IMG/VR virus record: IMGVR_UViG_3300017747_002323
Location: 1-25,305 of that record
Origin: a virus
Lineage: Duplodnaviria > Caudoviricetes
Direction: 5' to 3' (one strand)
DNA length: 25,305 bases
Under the pieces are notes generated by a model. It had not been told where the DNA came from. It saw only the letters and a program-made list of their open reading frames with translations, and searched no databases. The position numbers were made by a program, and so were the translations under genes. Below are positions 1 through 8,180 of the stretch, piece after piece. Position 1 is the first letter of the stretch; each line of letters begins with the position of its first letter.

Positions 1-11
1 ACTTCGGCACC

Positions 12-45
12 TGTCAACCCGCATTGGACGAAATCGGGAAAGATT
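12..45 (-). promoter_or_regulatory. Fourth copy of the early-type promoter (-35 TTGACA at 12-17; -10 outside window)
   Basis: Minus strand GATTTCGTCCAATGCGGGTTGACAGGTGCCGA shares the upstream GTCCAA, TTGACA and spacer GCCGA with the promoters at 8181-8208 and 8695-8722. Confidence 0.55.
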
Positions 46-52
46 CCGCAAA

Positions 53-126
53 TAGCCGCGGCGGGATTCGAACCCGCAGGGGAACGCATTTTGAATGCGT
101 CGCGTATGCCATTCCGCCACGCGGCC
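53..126 (-). tRNA. trnL: tRNA-Leu (anticodon CAA), short variable region, no encoded CCA
   Basis: GGCCGCG TG GCG GAATGGCATA CGC G ACGCA TTCAAAA TGCGT TCCCCT GCGGG TTCGAAT CCCGC CGCGGCT A: complete cloverleaf, TTCGAAT T-loop, discriminator A. Confidence 0.92.
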
Positions 127-209
127 GTAACCCGCCCCAAACCCCGCGCGCGCCCGGCGCGCCGGGGTGCGCGCCCGCGCGCAAACCACCCATATAAACC
201 CGGTTTACG

Positions 210-431
210 TCAACCCGTCCACGGCGACGCGGGCGGCGAATTTCGGCGACAATCCGCCACGGCTTCGCGGATCATTCCGCCTAGCCGCGCCGTTTCGTTA
301 TCGACCAACGCTACCAATTCTGCGTCGGTCGTGTCGGCGGGAACGCGTAGCCGAATCGCAACGTACGCCGTCGCGTATTCGTGGCACCGTTTGACGTTGG
401 CGCGCGTTTCCTGCGGTTCGAATGCCGTCAC
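210..431 (-). CDS. Hypothetical protein (~73 aa)
   Basis: GTG start overlaps upstream TGA (GTGA); protein-like composition. Confidence 0.6.
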   Translation of the reverse strand: MTAFEPQETRANVKRCHEYATAYVAIRLRVPADTTDAELVALVDNETARLGGMIREAVADCRRNSPPASPWTG

Positions 432-796
432 AGAGTCCCCGGCCCGTCCATATGCCGCGTACATTCGTTGCCCTCCGTTTGCATTTGGAACGCCACGCGT
501 TCCACTAGGTCAAGCCAATTGCAACGGTCGCGCCATTGCATGGCCGACCACCGTTCCCAATCCGACAGGGCGGCCGTGTGCGACATTCGCACGGCGGCGG
601 CTACGTCGGGCCACGACGGCGACGGGCGGGCGCATTCGCGCAGGGCCGCGATAGTCACCATACGCCAATCGCGTTCGGCCATTTCGCGTAGCGCGCGGGT
701 TTCCCGCGGCGTGTAGCCTTCCGGCCCGTGTATCCGGTTTGGATTCGCGGACAGGTACCGTACCGCGTCGCGGATTTGTCGCGCGGTATAACTCAT
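428..796 (-). CDS. Hypothetical protein (~122 aa)
   Basis: ATG at 796 coupled to upstream TAA (TAATG). Confidence 0.65.
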   Translation of the reverse strand: MSYTARQIRDAVRYLSANPNRIHGPEGYTPRETRALREMAERDWRMVTIAALRECARPSPSWPDVAAAVRMSHTAALSDWERWSAMQWRDRCNWLDLVERVAFQMQTEGNECTRHMDGPGTL

Positions 797-1131
797 TACG
801 GCACGACTTCCCACACGCGGGCGGCGCGCCCGGAACGCGTCGGGCGCGAACCGTTGGCGCGAATCTTCCCGGCGCGCATCATGGCGTTTATCGTGGCCGA
901 CGCCGTTTGGTGCGTCATATCCAAACGCTGTTGGATTTCGTCACAGGTCGCGGGCGCGTCGCGCAACGATGCGAGAATGCGCGCGGCCACGCCGTCGGGT
1001 TTCGACGCGTACGCGGCATCCTGCGTTGCCCACCGTGTCGCCTGTCGCGCGGTCGCGCGTGGCGGATCGTTGACGGCGAACCGAAACAGGCCCGGCCATT
1101 GTTCCGGCGTGCGTGGCGTGTATTCGTTCAT
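796..1131 (-). CDS. Winged-helix DNA-binding protein
   Basis: ILASLRDAPATCDEIQQRLDMTHQTASATINAMMRAGKIRANGSRPTRSGRAARVW resembles small phage wHTH proteins. Confidence 0.75.
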   Translation of the reverse strand: MNEYTPRTPEQWPGLFRFAVNDPPRATARQATRWATQDAAYASKPDGVAARILASLRDAPATCDEIQQRLDMTHQTASATINAMMRAGKIRANGSRPTRSGRAARVWEVVP

Positions 1132-1691
1132 TGGAATTTTCCCGTTTCGTTACCCCACGAATCCCAACCCGCGCGCGTCGTGCGCGCGAACAGTTCGATA
1201 CGTTGCGCGTTCGGGTACAGCGATTCGATGGAATCGTAAATGGCGTCCGGCTTCCGACTGTGTTCGCGTTTCGGGGCTAGTATGACATTTCGTACGGATT
1301 CATCGGAAATCGGTAGTGGTCGTCCGCGCCTAGCACGGCTTCCGGCAATGACAAATTCCGCGGTCGGCTTGACGATGGATGGGCGGATTCCCTGCGCGCC
1401 AATCGGCGTCCCGTCCGATTTAGTCTTGACCCAAACAAACGCGACGCCGCGATAATGGAACCCCCATGTTTGCATGGTTCGAATTGCGACATCCAATAGC
1501 GGCGACGTTGCCCAAACGAACACGACGCCATTTCCGCGGATGATGGATGCCACGGGGATTTCCGCTATTTGTTCCGCGGGAATCGTTGGATAGAATTTCT
1601 CCGCGGCCGTCCATTTGTCTTTCGCGCCGTAGTATTGCCACGGCGGGTCAATTAGTGCGACGTCCCATTGTCCAATCGGGAGAGTTATCAC
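1128..1691 (-). CDS. MT-A70 family amino-methyltransferase (likely DNA m6A)
   Basis: IDPPW catalytic motif; FVWAT, WGFHY, FVWVK, EHSRKPD and IELFAR motifs; GTG start in GTGA overlap. Confidence 0.92.
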   Translation of the reverse strand: MITLPIGQWDVALIDPPWQYYGAKDKWTAAEKFYPTIPAEQIAEIPVASIIRGNGVVFVWATSPLLDVAIRTMQTWGFHYRGVAFVWVKTKSDGTPIGAQGIRPSIVKPTAEFVIAGSRARRGRPLPISDESVRNVILAPKREHSRKPDAIYDSIESLYPNAQRIELFARTTRAGWDSWGNETGKFQ

Positions 1692-1957
1692 GCGTTCACC
1701 ATTTCCCGTAGCCGCCGGATTTCGGCGGCCGCGTCGCGCCAATCATGCGCTAATCGTCGTAGGCACGTTCCGTCGATTGGCACGCATTCGCCGCGCCTGT
1801 CGGCGTATTCGGCCGCGTGTGACGACACGACGCCGTTCCATGCACAGCGCGCGCCGATGTCGGGCGCGGTTCCGTCCCACGTATGCAGCGGGATTCCGAA
1901 CGCGGGTACGCCCGGTTCCGGTTCCACGTGTGCGTCGTCGTCGTCGTGCGTCGGCAT
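1688..1957 (-). CDS. Hypothetical protein
   Basis: Operon position; ends in DAAAEIRRLR like its neighbours. Confidence 0.65.
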   Translation of the reverse strand: MPTHDDDDAHVEPEPGVPAFGIPLHTWDGTAPDIGARCAWNGVVSSHAAEYADRRGECVPIDGTCLRRLAHDWRDAAAEIRRLREMVNA

Positions 1958-1959
1958 GA

Positions 1960-2289
1960 TTAGCCCACGGTATCGGCGGTTTGTGGCGACTTGCGCGGGC
2001 GGCCGCGCGCCTTGCGGCGAATGCCGCCCGTGAACGATAGTTCCCGCAGCACCGCGCCACCGTTTCGGCGTAGGTCGCGTACGTTGACCATTGGCAATTC
2101 ATAGCCGACCAGTTGGCACATACGCGACATGGCCCAATCGGGGATATTCGATCCGGCCAACCAATTCGACACAGTTTGCGGCGACACCGAAAGATTGGTG
2201 GCGACAGCGCGCACGCCATGCGCGCGAATGGCCCCGGCCATTTCGTCGGTGCGTGTCAACGTCCAAAAGACTTCGGCGTGTACGTTCAT
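1960..2289 (-). CDS. Cro/XRE-like HTH protein with C-terminal AT-hook-like RGRPRK
   Basis: GVRAVATNLSVSPQTVSNWLAG HTH; AAGGGG RBS before ATG at 2289. Confidence 0.8.
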   Translation of the reverse strand: MNVHAEVFWTLTRTDEMAGAIRAHGVRAVATNLSVSPQTVSNWLAGSNIPDWAMSRMCQLVGYELPMVNVRDLRRNGGAVLRELSFTGGIRRKARGRPRKSPQTADTVG

Positions 2290-2474
2290 TGGAAAACCCC
2301 TTGCATGAATCCTAGAAACAGTCGCCCGATGGCGACCCAAAACCACCCGCACGCAAACAGGATAGCGGCGGATACTGTGAATTTCACGAACACCAACGCT
2401 AGCGCGTAGGCGACGCGCACGACGGCGGAACCGTCGCCCCTTACCGCGTCGTCGTCGTCGTAGTCAATCGGCAT
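2286..2474 (-). CDS. Small membrane protein
   Basis: GGAGG RBS before MPIDY; long hydrophobic stretch. Confidence 0.6.
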   Translation of the reverse strand: MPIDYDDDDAVRGDGSAVVRVAYALALVFVKFTVSAAILFACGWFWVAIGRLFLGFMQGVFQ

Positions 2475-2655
2475 TGGTTGAATCCTCCGCATCGTTTACC
2501 GCGGATTTCACGTTGTCTAGCCGACCCCGTAGCCGTTCGATTTCCTGCGCGCATTCGCGCAATAGTCGGCGCATTTCCCCATACCCAACGCCACCGAAAC
2601 CGTAGTCGGCGTCGGCGTGCGCGCGTGCGCGTTTGGCGATTTCATTCTGTGCCAT
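2464..2655 (-). CDS. Hypothetical protein
   Basis: Overlapping operon gene with ECAQEIERLR motif. Confidence 0.6.
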   Translation of the reverse strand: MAQNEIAKRARAHADADYGFGGVGYGEMRRLLRECAQEIERLRGRLDNVKSAVNDAEDSTNAD

Positions 2656-2899
2656 GCGTGGTCGGTTCCTGTGTGATTTGCCGCGCCAACAGGTCGCGGA
2701 TTTGGTGTTCGCGTGCGTTCAACGCGTCGGCAATTTCGTACGCGCTACGTTTGTCCGACAGAATCCACCCGAACGGATGCGCGTCGCATTCGGGCGCGCG
2801 TTCCACCGTCCACGGCGGGCGGTCGGAAACCGTCCACCACGGCACCGACCAACCGCGCGACATTGCACGTTCGGCGTAGTCAATCCCCATTGGTTCCAT
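2642..2899 (-). CDS. Hypothetical protein
   Basis: Fills the operon with short overlaps; IADALN motif. Confidence 0.6.
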   Translation of the reverse strand: MEPMGIDYAERAMSRGWSVPWWTVSDRPPWTVERAPECDAHPFGWILSDKRSAYEIADALNAREHQIRDLLARQITQEPTTHGTE

Positions 2900-3233
2900 C
2901 CTTCCGGTACAAATCCCATTCGCGGGATTCCGCTACTTCCCGCGGCGTTGCATATTCCGATACCGCGACGTTTAGCCAATAGTCCGGGTCGGATTTGGAA
3001 CTACGCGCTAGCAATACGCACACTTCGCGGCGCGCCAAATCGCGTTCGCGCGTCGTAAATTCCAATGCGGTTTCCAATCGCACGGCTTCCGCGCAATACT
3101 GCGTGGTTGATTGATCGCGCGCGCAACCGCCCGCGCGCAATCGTTCGATTTCGTCGGCCGCATCGGTAAATAGTTTTCGCACGTGGTAGCCGCCTTCCGA
3201 TTCGCGCAGACGCGCCACGATGTCATTTTCCAT
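2880..3233 (-). CDS. Hypothetical phage protein (DIVARLR...DAADEIERLR type)
   Basis: GAAGG RBS; motif common in small phage early proteins. Confidence 0.7.
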   Translation of the reverse strand: MENDIVARLRESEGGYHVRKLFTDAADEIERLRAGGCARDQSTTQYCAEAVRLETALEFTTRERDLARREVCVLLARSSKSDPDYWLNVAVSEYATPREVAESREWDLYRKDGTNGD

Positions 3234-3426
3234 TGGTGTTCCGCCTTCCGTTGCGCGCGATTTCCTCCGCGACTTCGCCGCGCCAAATCTCAACTTCGCG
3301 CGGGAATTCGAACGCGACGCGCGCGCGGCCGTCGCCGCGGATCGTGACTTGCACGCGGCCGATTTCCACGCCGTCGCGCGATAGTGTGAATTGCTGATCC
3401 GTCGGAACGGTGATTACCAACGCCAC
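3223..3426 (-). CDS. csrA: CsrA/RsmA-like RNA-binding protein
   Basis: 67 aa; ALVIT...RVQVTIRGDGRARVAFEFPREVEIWRGEV follows the CsrA pattern MLILT...QVRIGVNAPKEVSVHREEI. Confidence 0.72.
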   Translation of the reverse strand: MALVITVPTDQQFTLSRDGVEIGRVQVTIRGDGRARVAFEFPREVEIWRGEVAEEIARNGRRNTNGK

Positions 3427-3593
3427 GCGGCACCCCCTGTTGAGAGTGCCGCACCGCCCACGGTGAGGCTAAACCGTGGACGGCGCGGCGTGGGGAATGG
3501 CCGCATAGCGGCCCCGACGTTACCGCGCGTCCTGCGCGGGATTCCCGCGACGTCGGCGGGGGTTGCGTGCATTGTATCCGGTGTTGTGTTCAT
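3414..3593 (-). CDS. Small hypothetical protein (59 aa, not in ORF track)
   Basis: ATG at 3593 after GAAGGGG; MNTTPDTMHATPADVAG...AAWRW fills the gap. Confidence 0.4.
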   Translation of the reverse strand: MNTTPDTMHATPADVAGIPRRTRGNVGAAMRPFPTPRRPRFSLTVGGAALSTGGAAWRW

Positions 3594-3596
3594 TGG

Positions 3597-4130
3597 TCAC
3601 CCCTTCGGCGTTCCGGCCGCCGTGGCCGTTGCGGCGATTGCCGCGTGTCCAGTATAGCACGATTCCAACGCCGCGCAAACGATGAACACGTGCGCCCGTG
3701 TCCAATCTTCGTAGCGTGCGGGTAGCGGTTCGCGCGGTAGCCATTTCGAATCGCGCATCCGTCGCACGGCATCGGCCACGCGGTCGCGCGGCGTCGTTCG
3801 TAGCCGTTCGACGCACCGCGCGCGGTCGGCTTCCAAGTCGGCCGCCAACCTGTCGCGGTCGGCTTGCGGGTTCGTGGCGGGCGCGGCCTGTCGCGTCGCG
3901 CCCGTGTTCGCAATGCGTCGGTAGACGGCCAACAGTTCCGACAGGCGGAACACGGTGCTAGTGCATTCGGCCCGGTAGTCGTCAATCGCGGCCGCTAACC
4001 ATCGTTGGGTGAGGCCCGACAGGCGGCCGACGGCTAGCCGTCGTTCCTCTTCGGTTGGTTGGTACCGCGGCCATAGGCCGTTGATTCGTTGGCGGTTCGT
4101 TTCCCACGTTGCGTCGGCGTGTTCGGTCAT
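3597..4130 (-). CDS. Replication-associated protein (possible helicase loader)
   Basis: Directly downstream of the initiator (ATGA overlap); function inferred from position. Confidence 0.55.
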   Translation of the reverse strand: MTEHADATWETNRQRINGLWPRYQPTEEERRLAVGRLSGLTQRWLAAAIDDYRAECTSTVFRLSELLAVYRRIANTGATRQAAPATNPQADRDRLAADLEADRARCVERLRTTPRDRVADAVRRMRDSKWLPREPLPARYEDWTRAHVFIVCAALESCYTGHAAIAATATAAGTPKG

Positions 4131-4606
4131 ATGCCACCCTTCCGCGCGTGCGCGCGCGACACACGCGTAGCGTGTGTCTCTTCTCTTCTCTTCTCTTCTC
4201 TAGGTAACGCGGTTGTAACGGTCGAACCGTTACGGCTTCGGTGATTGGCGACCCGGCGCGCCGTTTCCGCGCGTTGTTTGGCGGTTGCGCCGTTGTGTTC
4301 CTCAAATCGCGGAATACGCGGGCTACCGTCGTCGGCGGTTTCCAACCACCCGACCGAACGCAGGGCGTCGGCCAATTGCAGACGCGCGACGCCGTGCGGC
4401 ATGGGTTCGGCCACGACGCCCGCTAGCGCGTTGATTTCGTCCCACGTGCGGTACCGCAACACGCCATCGGTCGAGTGTTCATCCGCCCACGACCACACCA
4501 CGCACAATGCACCGACCACGGTAGCGGGCGCGACGCCCGCGACGCGCGCGACGTAGGCCACGCGTGGGTCGTGCCAAAGGTTCGTACGTACCTTTATCCA
4601 CGCCAC
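4127..4606 (-). CDS. Phage replication initiator (replisome organiser) N-terminal type
   Basis: AWIKVRTNLWHDPRV...VGAL..VWSWAD...VGWL...IPRFEEHNG...REEKRREE signature; start GTG 4606 or ATG 4615. Confidence 0.8.
   Translation of the reverse strand: MAWIKVRTNLWHDPRVAYVARVAGVAPATVVGALCVVWSWADEHSTDGVLRYRTWDEINALAGVVAEPMPHGVARLQLADALRSVGWLETADDGSPRIPRFEEHNGATAKQRAETARRVANHRSRNGSTVTTALPREEKRREETHATRVSRAHARKGGI
4177..4233. repeat. Probable replication origin: (TTCTC)n tract plus GTAACG repeats
   Basis: TCTC(TTCTC)4 at 4177-4200; GTAACG at 4204 and 4215, CGTTAC at 4228, all inside the initiator gene. Confidence 0.55.
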
Positions 4607-4986
4607 GGTCGGCATTCCTTCCCGCACGACAACCGACGTACGCGCGCAATGGCGACCGAACGCCGCACCGCATCGAACCGCGCGCCCGGTTCGACTAGTT
4701 CCCAAATCGCTAGCAATGCGCCCACGGTTTCCGGTTCAACCCGTAGCCGTTTGGCTATCACCGCGCGACGTGGCGACAGGTGGCCCGGCATCATGTCGAA
4801 CACGATGCCCGCTACCGCGATTTCACGCGGTAGCCGGGTATCCGGCCACACGATTTCCGCGGCCGCGTAGGATTCCGCAAACCCGAACGGTCGCGCCCGG
4901 CCGCGCGTGCGGCCCGCGACGGCACGCGCCGCCGCGGGTTCCACCGCGCCCGCCGTTGCCACCGGGTTAGAACGGCAACGATTCAT
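4594..4986 (-). CDS. Putative HTH protein
   Basis: GGAGGGG RBS; PRRAVIAKRLRVEPETV HTH-like segment. Confidence 0.55.
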   Translation of the reverse strand: MNRCRSNPVATAGAVEPAAARAVAGRTRGRARPFGFAESYAAAEIVWPDTRLPREIAVAGIVFDMMPGHLSPRRAVIAKRLRVEPETVGALLAIWELVEPGARFDAVRRSVAIARVRRLSCGKECRPWRG

Positions 4987-5905
4987 CGGTACCCCCCTCC
5001 GTCGGCACCGTTCGGAAATCCTGTAGCAATGGCATCCGGCCCGGCCCGCGGTCGGAAACGACCGGAACCAATGTTGCACCGATTGCAGCGCGCAACACGT
5101 CCAACAACCCGTCGCCAACGATATAGGACGTAGCCACGCCGTCGGCCACGAATTCGGCTACGTGAATCGGCGTACCCCGCACGTCGCGGGCGGTGATTGT
5201 GTGCAGGATTGCCGCGGAACGGGCCGTAGGTTCGCTAGGCGGCGTTCCGTTGGTTTGGGGCGGCGTCGGGGCATCCTGTCGCGGCGTGGCCTGTACGGCC
5301 GTCCTAGTGGCCGTATCGCCCTGCGCGGCGATTCGGTCGTTTAGCGCGCGTGTCGATTCCGACCGCGCCCGGCCCGGCCGTTCCGGTGCCGCCGGGACGG
5401 GCGACGCGGCCGCGGCGCGGTCGCGCATTCCGTGCCGGGTTTCCGCGCGGTCGTCGTTCCGGCCGTCCATATGGCCGGATTCGTCTTCCCGCGGCAAGCA
5501 CAGCAAATCCCGCAACCAATACGAAAGGCTAGTGGTCAAAGCCGACGCCACCGCCTTATCGACGGGCCGCCCCTTTTCCACCACAATCGGCCACACGGTT
5601 TCGGATTCGGCGGCTTCCCCGGTGAACCCGTGGACGACCGACATACGGGACACGACGTACAGGCCGTCGCCCTCAATTCGCCACGACACACGGCGCGCGG
5701 CAATGCCGCCCGTTTGCAGGGCCGCGCGGCACGCACCAATCATTCCCTCCGCAGACGTGTACGCGTATTTGTGGAACGTATTCCGCGCATCCTTCGCCAC
5801 GCCGTCGATAGCACCCTGCGCGACCAACAGGCCGTCGGCTAGCGAACGGGTACCGCTACGCGGGCAAACGCCGGGCGTTTCGTTCGTTTCGTTTCTCTTC
5901 GTCAT
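4967..5905 (-). CDS. erf: ERF-family single-strand annealing protein
   Basis: VAKDARNTFHKYAY...KAVASALTTSLSYWLRDLLCL ERF pattern; acidic DESLPF tail; ATG in ATGA overlap. Confidence 0.8.
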   Translation of the reverse strand: MTKRNETNETPGVCPRSGTRSLADGLLVAQGAIDGVAKDARNTFHKYAYTSAEGMIGACRAALQTGGIAARRVSWRIEGDGLYVVSRMSVVHGFTGEAAESETVWPIVVEKGRPVDKAVASALTTSLSYWLRDLLCLPREDESGHMDGRNDDRAETRHGMRDRAAAASPVPAAPERPGRARSESTRALNDRIAAQGDTATRTAVQATPRQDAPTPPQTNGTPPSEPTARSAAILHTITARDVRGTPIHVAEFVADGVATSYIVGDGLLDVLRAAIGATLVPVVSDRGPGRMPLLQDFRTVPTEGGTDESLPF

Positions 5906-6723
5906 TCGCCACCCCCGTTCGCGGCCGCGGCCGCCCACGCGGGCATCGTCAAGTCCTCGACCCATTGCGAGTACCCCGGCCATTCGCCCGACGATTCGCA
6001 CGCGGCGAACGTTTCCACCGCGCGTTGGATTTGGGGAAGCACCCTATCCATATCTTCATTCGACAAAGAATACGCCGCGACGCCGTACGGCGCGGATTTC
6101 TCCACGGCGATTAGCACCGCGTGCGAAGTGTGTACGCCATTGGCGGCCAAGACTTCCCGATAGAACGCCATTTGCACCCAATACCCGAAATCGACGCACG
6201 AACGCGCAAACGCGCGCGGCGCGGCCGACAGCGTGGTTTTGATGTCCACCACGGTTCCGTCGGGGCCGATTGCGTCTATTCGTGCTTTGCACGGCACGCC
6301 CCACAATTCCGCCGTCCACACGCGTTCGCGTACGCCGCAATTCGACAGGCACACGCGCGCGCCGCGGTGGCCGTCGATAGCCGCCACCATTGCGTCGATT
6401 TGGTGTTGTTCGGCCGCATCCACGACGGTTCGGCCATTCGCCGTCGCCGCGAACAATTCGGCTTCGTCTTTCCCCGCCTTCGTGCGGCGGTCGAATTTCG
6501 GGGACACGACGAATTCCGCCGGGTACAGGTCGGGCCGCAACGCGCGGCAATGCAACGCGCGACCGATCCGCAACGCGTCGCTATCCGCGTCGTCGTTCAT
6601 CCGTGCGCGAAGGTGCGCGGGCGTGGACGTTACCAACGTCTTTACCCACGACGCGCGTAGCGCGGGAATCGCCGCGTATTCGGCTTCGGACATTTCGCGG
6701 CCCATATTGCGTTGCGTGTTCAT
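5902..6723 (-). CDS. RecE/exonuclease VIII-like PD-(D/E)XK nuclease (DUF3799 type)
   Basis: ALRIGRALH, DRRTKAGK, CKARID, VDIKTT, YWVQMAFY, IAVEK, WPGY motifs. Confidence 0.9.
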   Translation of the reverse strand: MNTQRNMGREMSEAEYAAIPALRASWVKTLVTSTPAHLRARMNDDADSDALRIGRALHCRALRPDLYPAEFVVSPKFDRRTKAGKDEAELFAATANGRTVVDAAEQHQIDAMVAAIDGHRGARVCLSNCGVRERVWTAELWGVPCKARIDAIGPDGTVVDIKTTLSAAPRAFARSCVDFGYWVQMAFYREVLAANGVHTSHAVLIAVEKSAPYGVAAYSLSNEDMDRVLPQIQRAVETFAACESSGEWPGYSQWVEDLTMPAWAAAAANGGGE

Positions 6724-6833
6724 CGGTTGCCACCCTTCCGGCGCGTGCGCGCCTTATTCAAATACTCGCGTTCGACGGCGCATCCAAACAGGAACGCGCA
6801 CGCGACTACCGTAACGAATGCCACTACGTACAT
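6720..6833 (-). CDS. Small single-pass membrane protein (37 aa)
   Basis: AGGGG RBS before MYVVAFVTVVACAFLFG. Confidence 0.5.
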   Translation of the reverse strand: MYVVAFVTVVACAFLFGCAVEREYLNKARTRRKGGNR

Positions 6834-6919
6834 TGGAAACCCCTGTGCGCCTGTCGGGCGGCGCGCCCCTTTCGGCCGTATGCCGGGTAGCCCGCCGCAC
6901 GCGGCGGCGGGTTGGCCTG

Positions 6920-7210
6920 TCACACGGCAGCGTCGGCCGTGTTTGCGGCCATCATGTCGTATAGTTTTTGCGCTGCAATGAACCGATTTTTGAGAATCGG
7001 CTTACCGTCGATCATTGCTTGCATTTGCCGCGTTGCGAAGCGCAGACGGGCGGCCGTCCAATGCGCGCCACACAACGCGGCGCGGCGGTCATATTCGCGC
7101 ATTTGCATTTTCACGCACCACAGGCACACGGCAAAATCCGCGGTACGCGGGCGCGGTTCGGCTTCGGCACGGGCAATAACGGCGGCGGCGGCGATTTGGC
7201 TACGGTTCAT
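6920..7210 (-). CDS. Hypothetical early protein (cassette 1, 96 aa)
   Basis: AGGGG RBS, downstream of promoter/leader copy 1. Confidence 0.7.
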   Translation of the reverse strand: MNRSQIAAAAVIARAEAEPRPRTADFAVCLWCVKMQMREYDRRAALCGAHWTAARLRFATRQMQAMIDGKPILKNRFIAAQKLYDMMAANTADAAV

Positions 7211-7228
7211 TTGGCTAACCCCTGTCGT

Positions 7229-7267
7229 CGGCGTTCGGGCCGCCGTAGCCCTGTCGCGTTGCGCGAC
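7229..7267 (-). ncRNA. Structured 5' leader, copy 1 (hairpin + pseudoknot)
   Basis: GUCGCG CAA CGCGAC A GGGC UA CGGCG GCCC GAA CGCCG. Confidence 0.6.
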
Positions 7268-7273
7268 GTTCAC

Positions 7274-7301
7274 ACGGTAACGCATCGGCGTTACGTGTCA
7301 A
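7274..7301 (-). promoter_or_regulatory. Sigma70-type promoter P1 with palindromic spacer
   Basis: TTGACA-16 nt-TACCGT; contains GTAACGC-CGAT-GCGTTAC inverted repeat. Confidence 0.75.
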
Positions 7302-8116
7302 GTACCTTTAGACGAATATGCGAAAATTCGTTTTGATAGGTCGCGTAGAAATCGCGCCTGTGCCGGGGACAGGTCGCGGAACCCCGCGCGGTTCACAATA
7401 TCGCGCGCCACGTTGAAATCGTCGTTTGGCAAATCACCACGCAGGATTTCCGCCATGCCGTCGTCGGTGGTCACGTCTACCAATTCAGGCACCCCGGCCG
7501 CGGTGCAGCGTTCCACGCGTGCGGCGCGCGCCGCGTCGCGTTCGGTGGCGACGTTCGTATACACGGCGGATTCCCTGCACAATACGGTGCGCTGTGCGTC
7601 GGACAGGCCCGCGGCCGCCTTGCGTGCAATATCCATTACGACGAACGACAGGCCCGGACGGAACCAAACCCGGCCGGATTCCTCCGTAATCATCAACGCG
7701 GGGAAGTTAGCCGATAGGTAAGAAACGGCGGCGGCCGTTTCGGCTTCGTGCTTCGCCGTACGGGCCGCGTCGCGGCGACGGTCGGCCGCGATTGACGGCG
7801 CAACCTGTCCGGCCGCAATAGCCAATAGGTCGCGCCACATAGTCGAAACGGCCGCGATACGTGATTCGAACACGCGGCTATTGTTTCCGCCACAACGGAA
7901 ACAATCGCCCCACGGGCGAACAACGCCCGCGCCACCGCAACGCGTGCAGGGCGAACGCCATACCGCCTTTGTACCTTCCGATTCGAAATGAGTCGCCCCG
8001 ACGGCGTGTGCGAATGCGCGTGGATTCGCGCACGACTTCGCGCCGTTCACGTGTCCACATTGCGACAGTACGGCGGCGGCTTCGGCTTGCGTGTAATTGG
8101 CGACGGGTGAACACAT
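7298..8116 (-). CDS. Early protein with DnaJ-like Zn finger (cassette 2)
   Basis: CTRCGGAG...CFRCGG; GAAGGA RBS. Confidence 0.75.
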   Translation of the reverse strand: MCSPVANYTQAEAAAVLSQCGHVNGAKSCANPRAFAHAVGATHFESEGTKAVWRSPCTRCGGAGVVRPWGDCFRCGGNNSRVFESRIAAVSTMWRDLLAIAAGQVAPSIAADRRRDAARTAKHEAETAAAVSYLSANFPALMITEESGRVWFRPGLSFVVMDIARKAAAGLSDAQRTVLCRESAVYTNVATERDAARAARVERCTAAGVPELVDVTTDDGMAEILRGDLPNDDFNVARDIVNRAGFRDLSPAQARFLRDLSKRIFAYSSKGT

Positions 8117-8135
8117 GGCGCGATTCCTTCGTGTA

Positions 8136-8174
8136 CGGCGTCGGCCGCCGCGGCCTGTCGCCCGTATTGGCGAC
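8136..8174 (-). ncRNA. Structured 5' leader, copy 2
   Basis: GUCGCC AAUACG GGCGAC A GGCC G CGGC GGCC GAC GCCG. Confidence 0.6.
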
Positions 8175-8180
8175 GTTCAC

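Noticed and set aside
53-126. tRNA as prophage attachment site
   Set aside because: No second copy of its 3' end and no integrase in the window; phage-type promoter continues beyond it
190-213. tRNA promoter TTGACG with TAAACCGGGTTTA palindrome
   Set aside because: No -10 box at a 16-18 nt spacing
2286-2474. Holin
   Set aside because: Lies among early genes with no endolysin nearby; hydrophobicity alone is insufficient
5193-6242. Long plus-strand ORFs (also 13787-14443, 21498-22307, 23224-24306)
   Set aside because: Antisense shadows of well-supported minus-strand genes in GC-rich DNA
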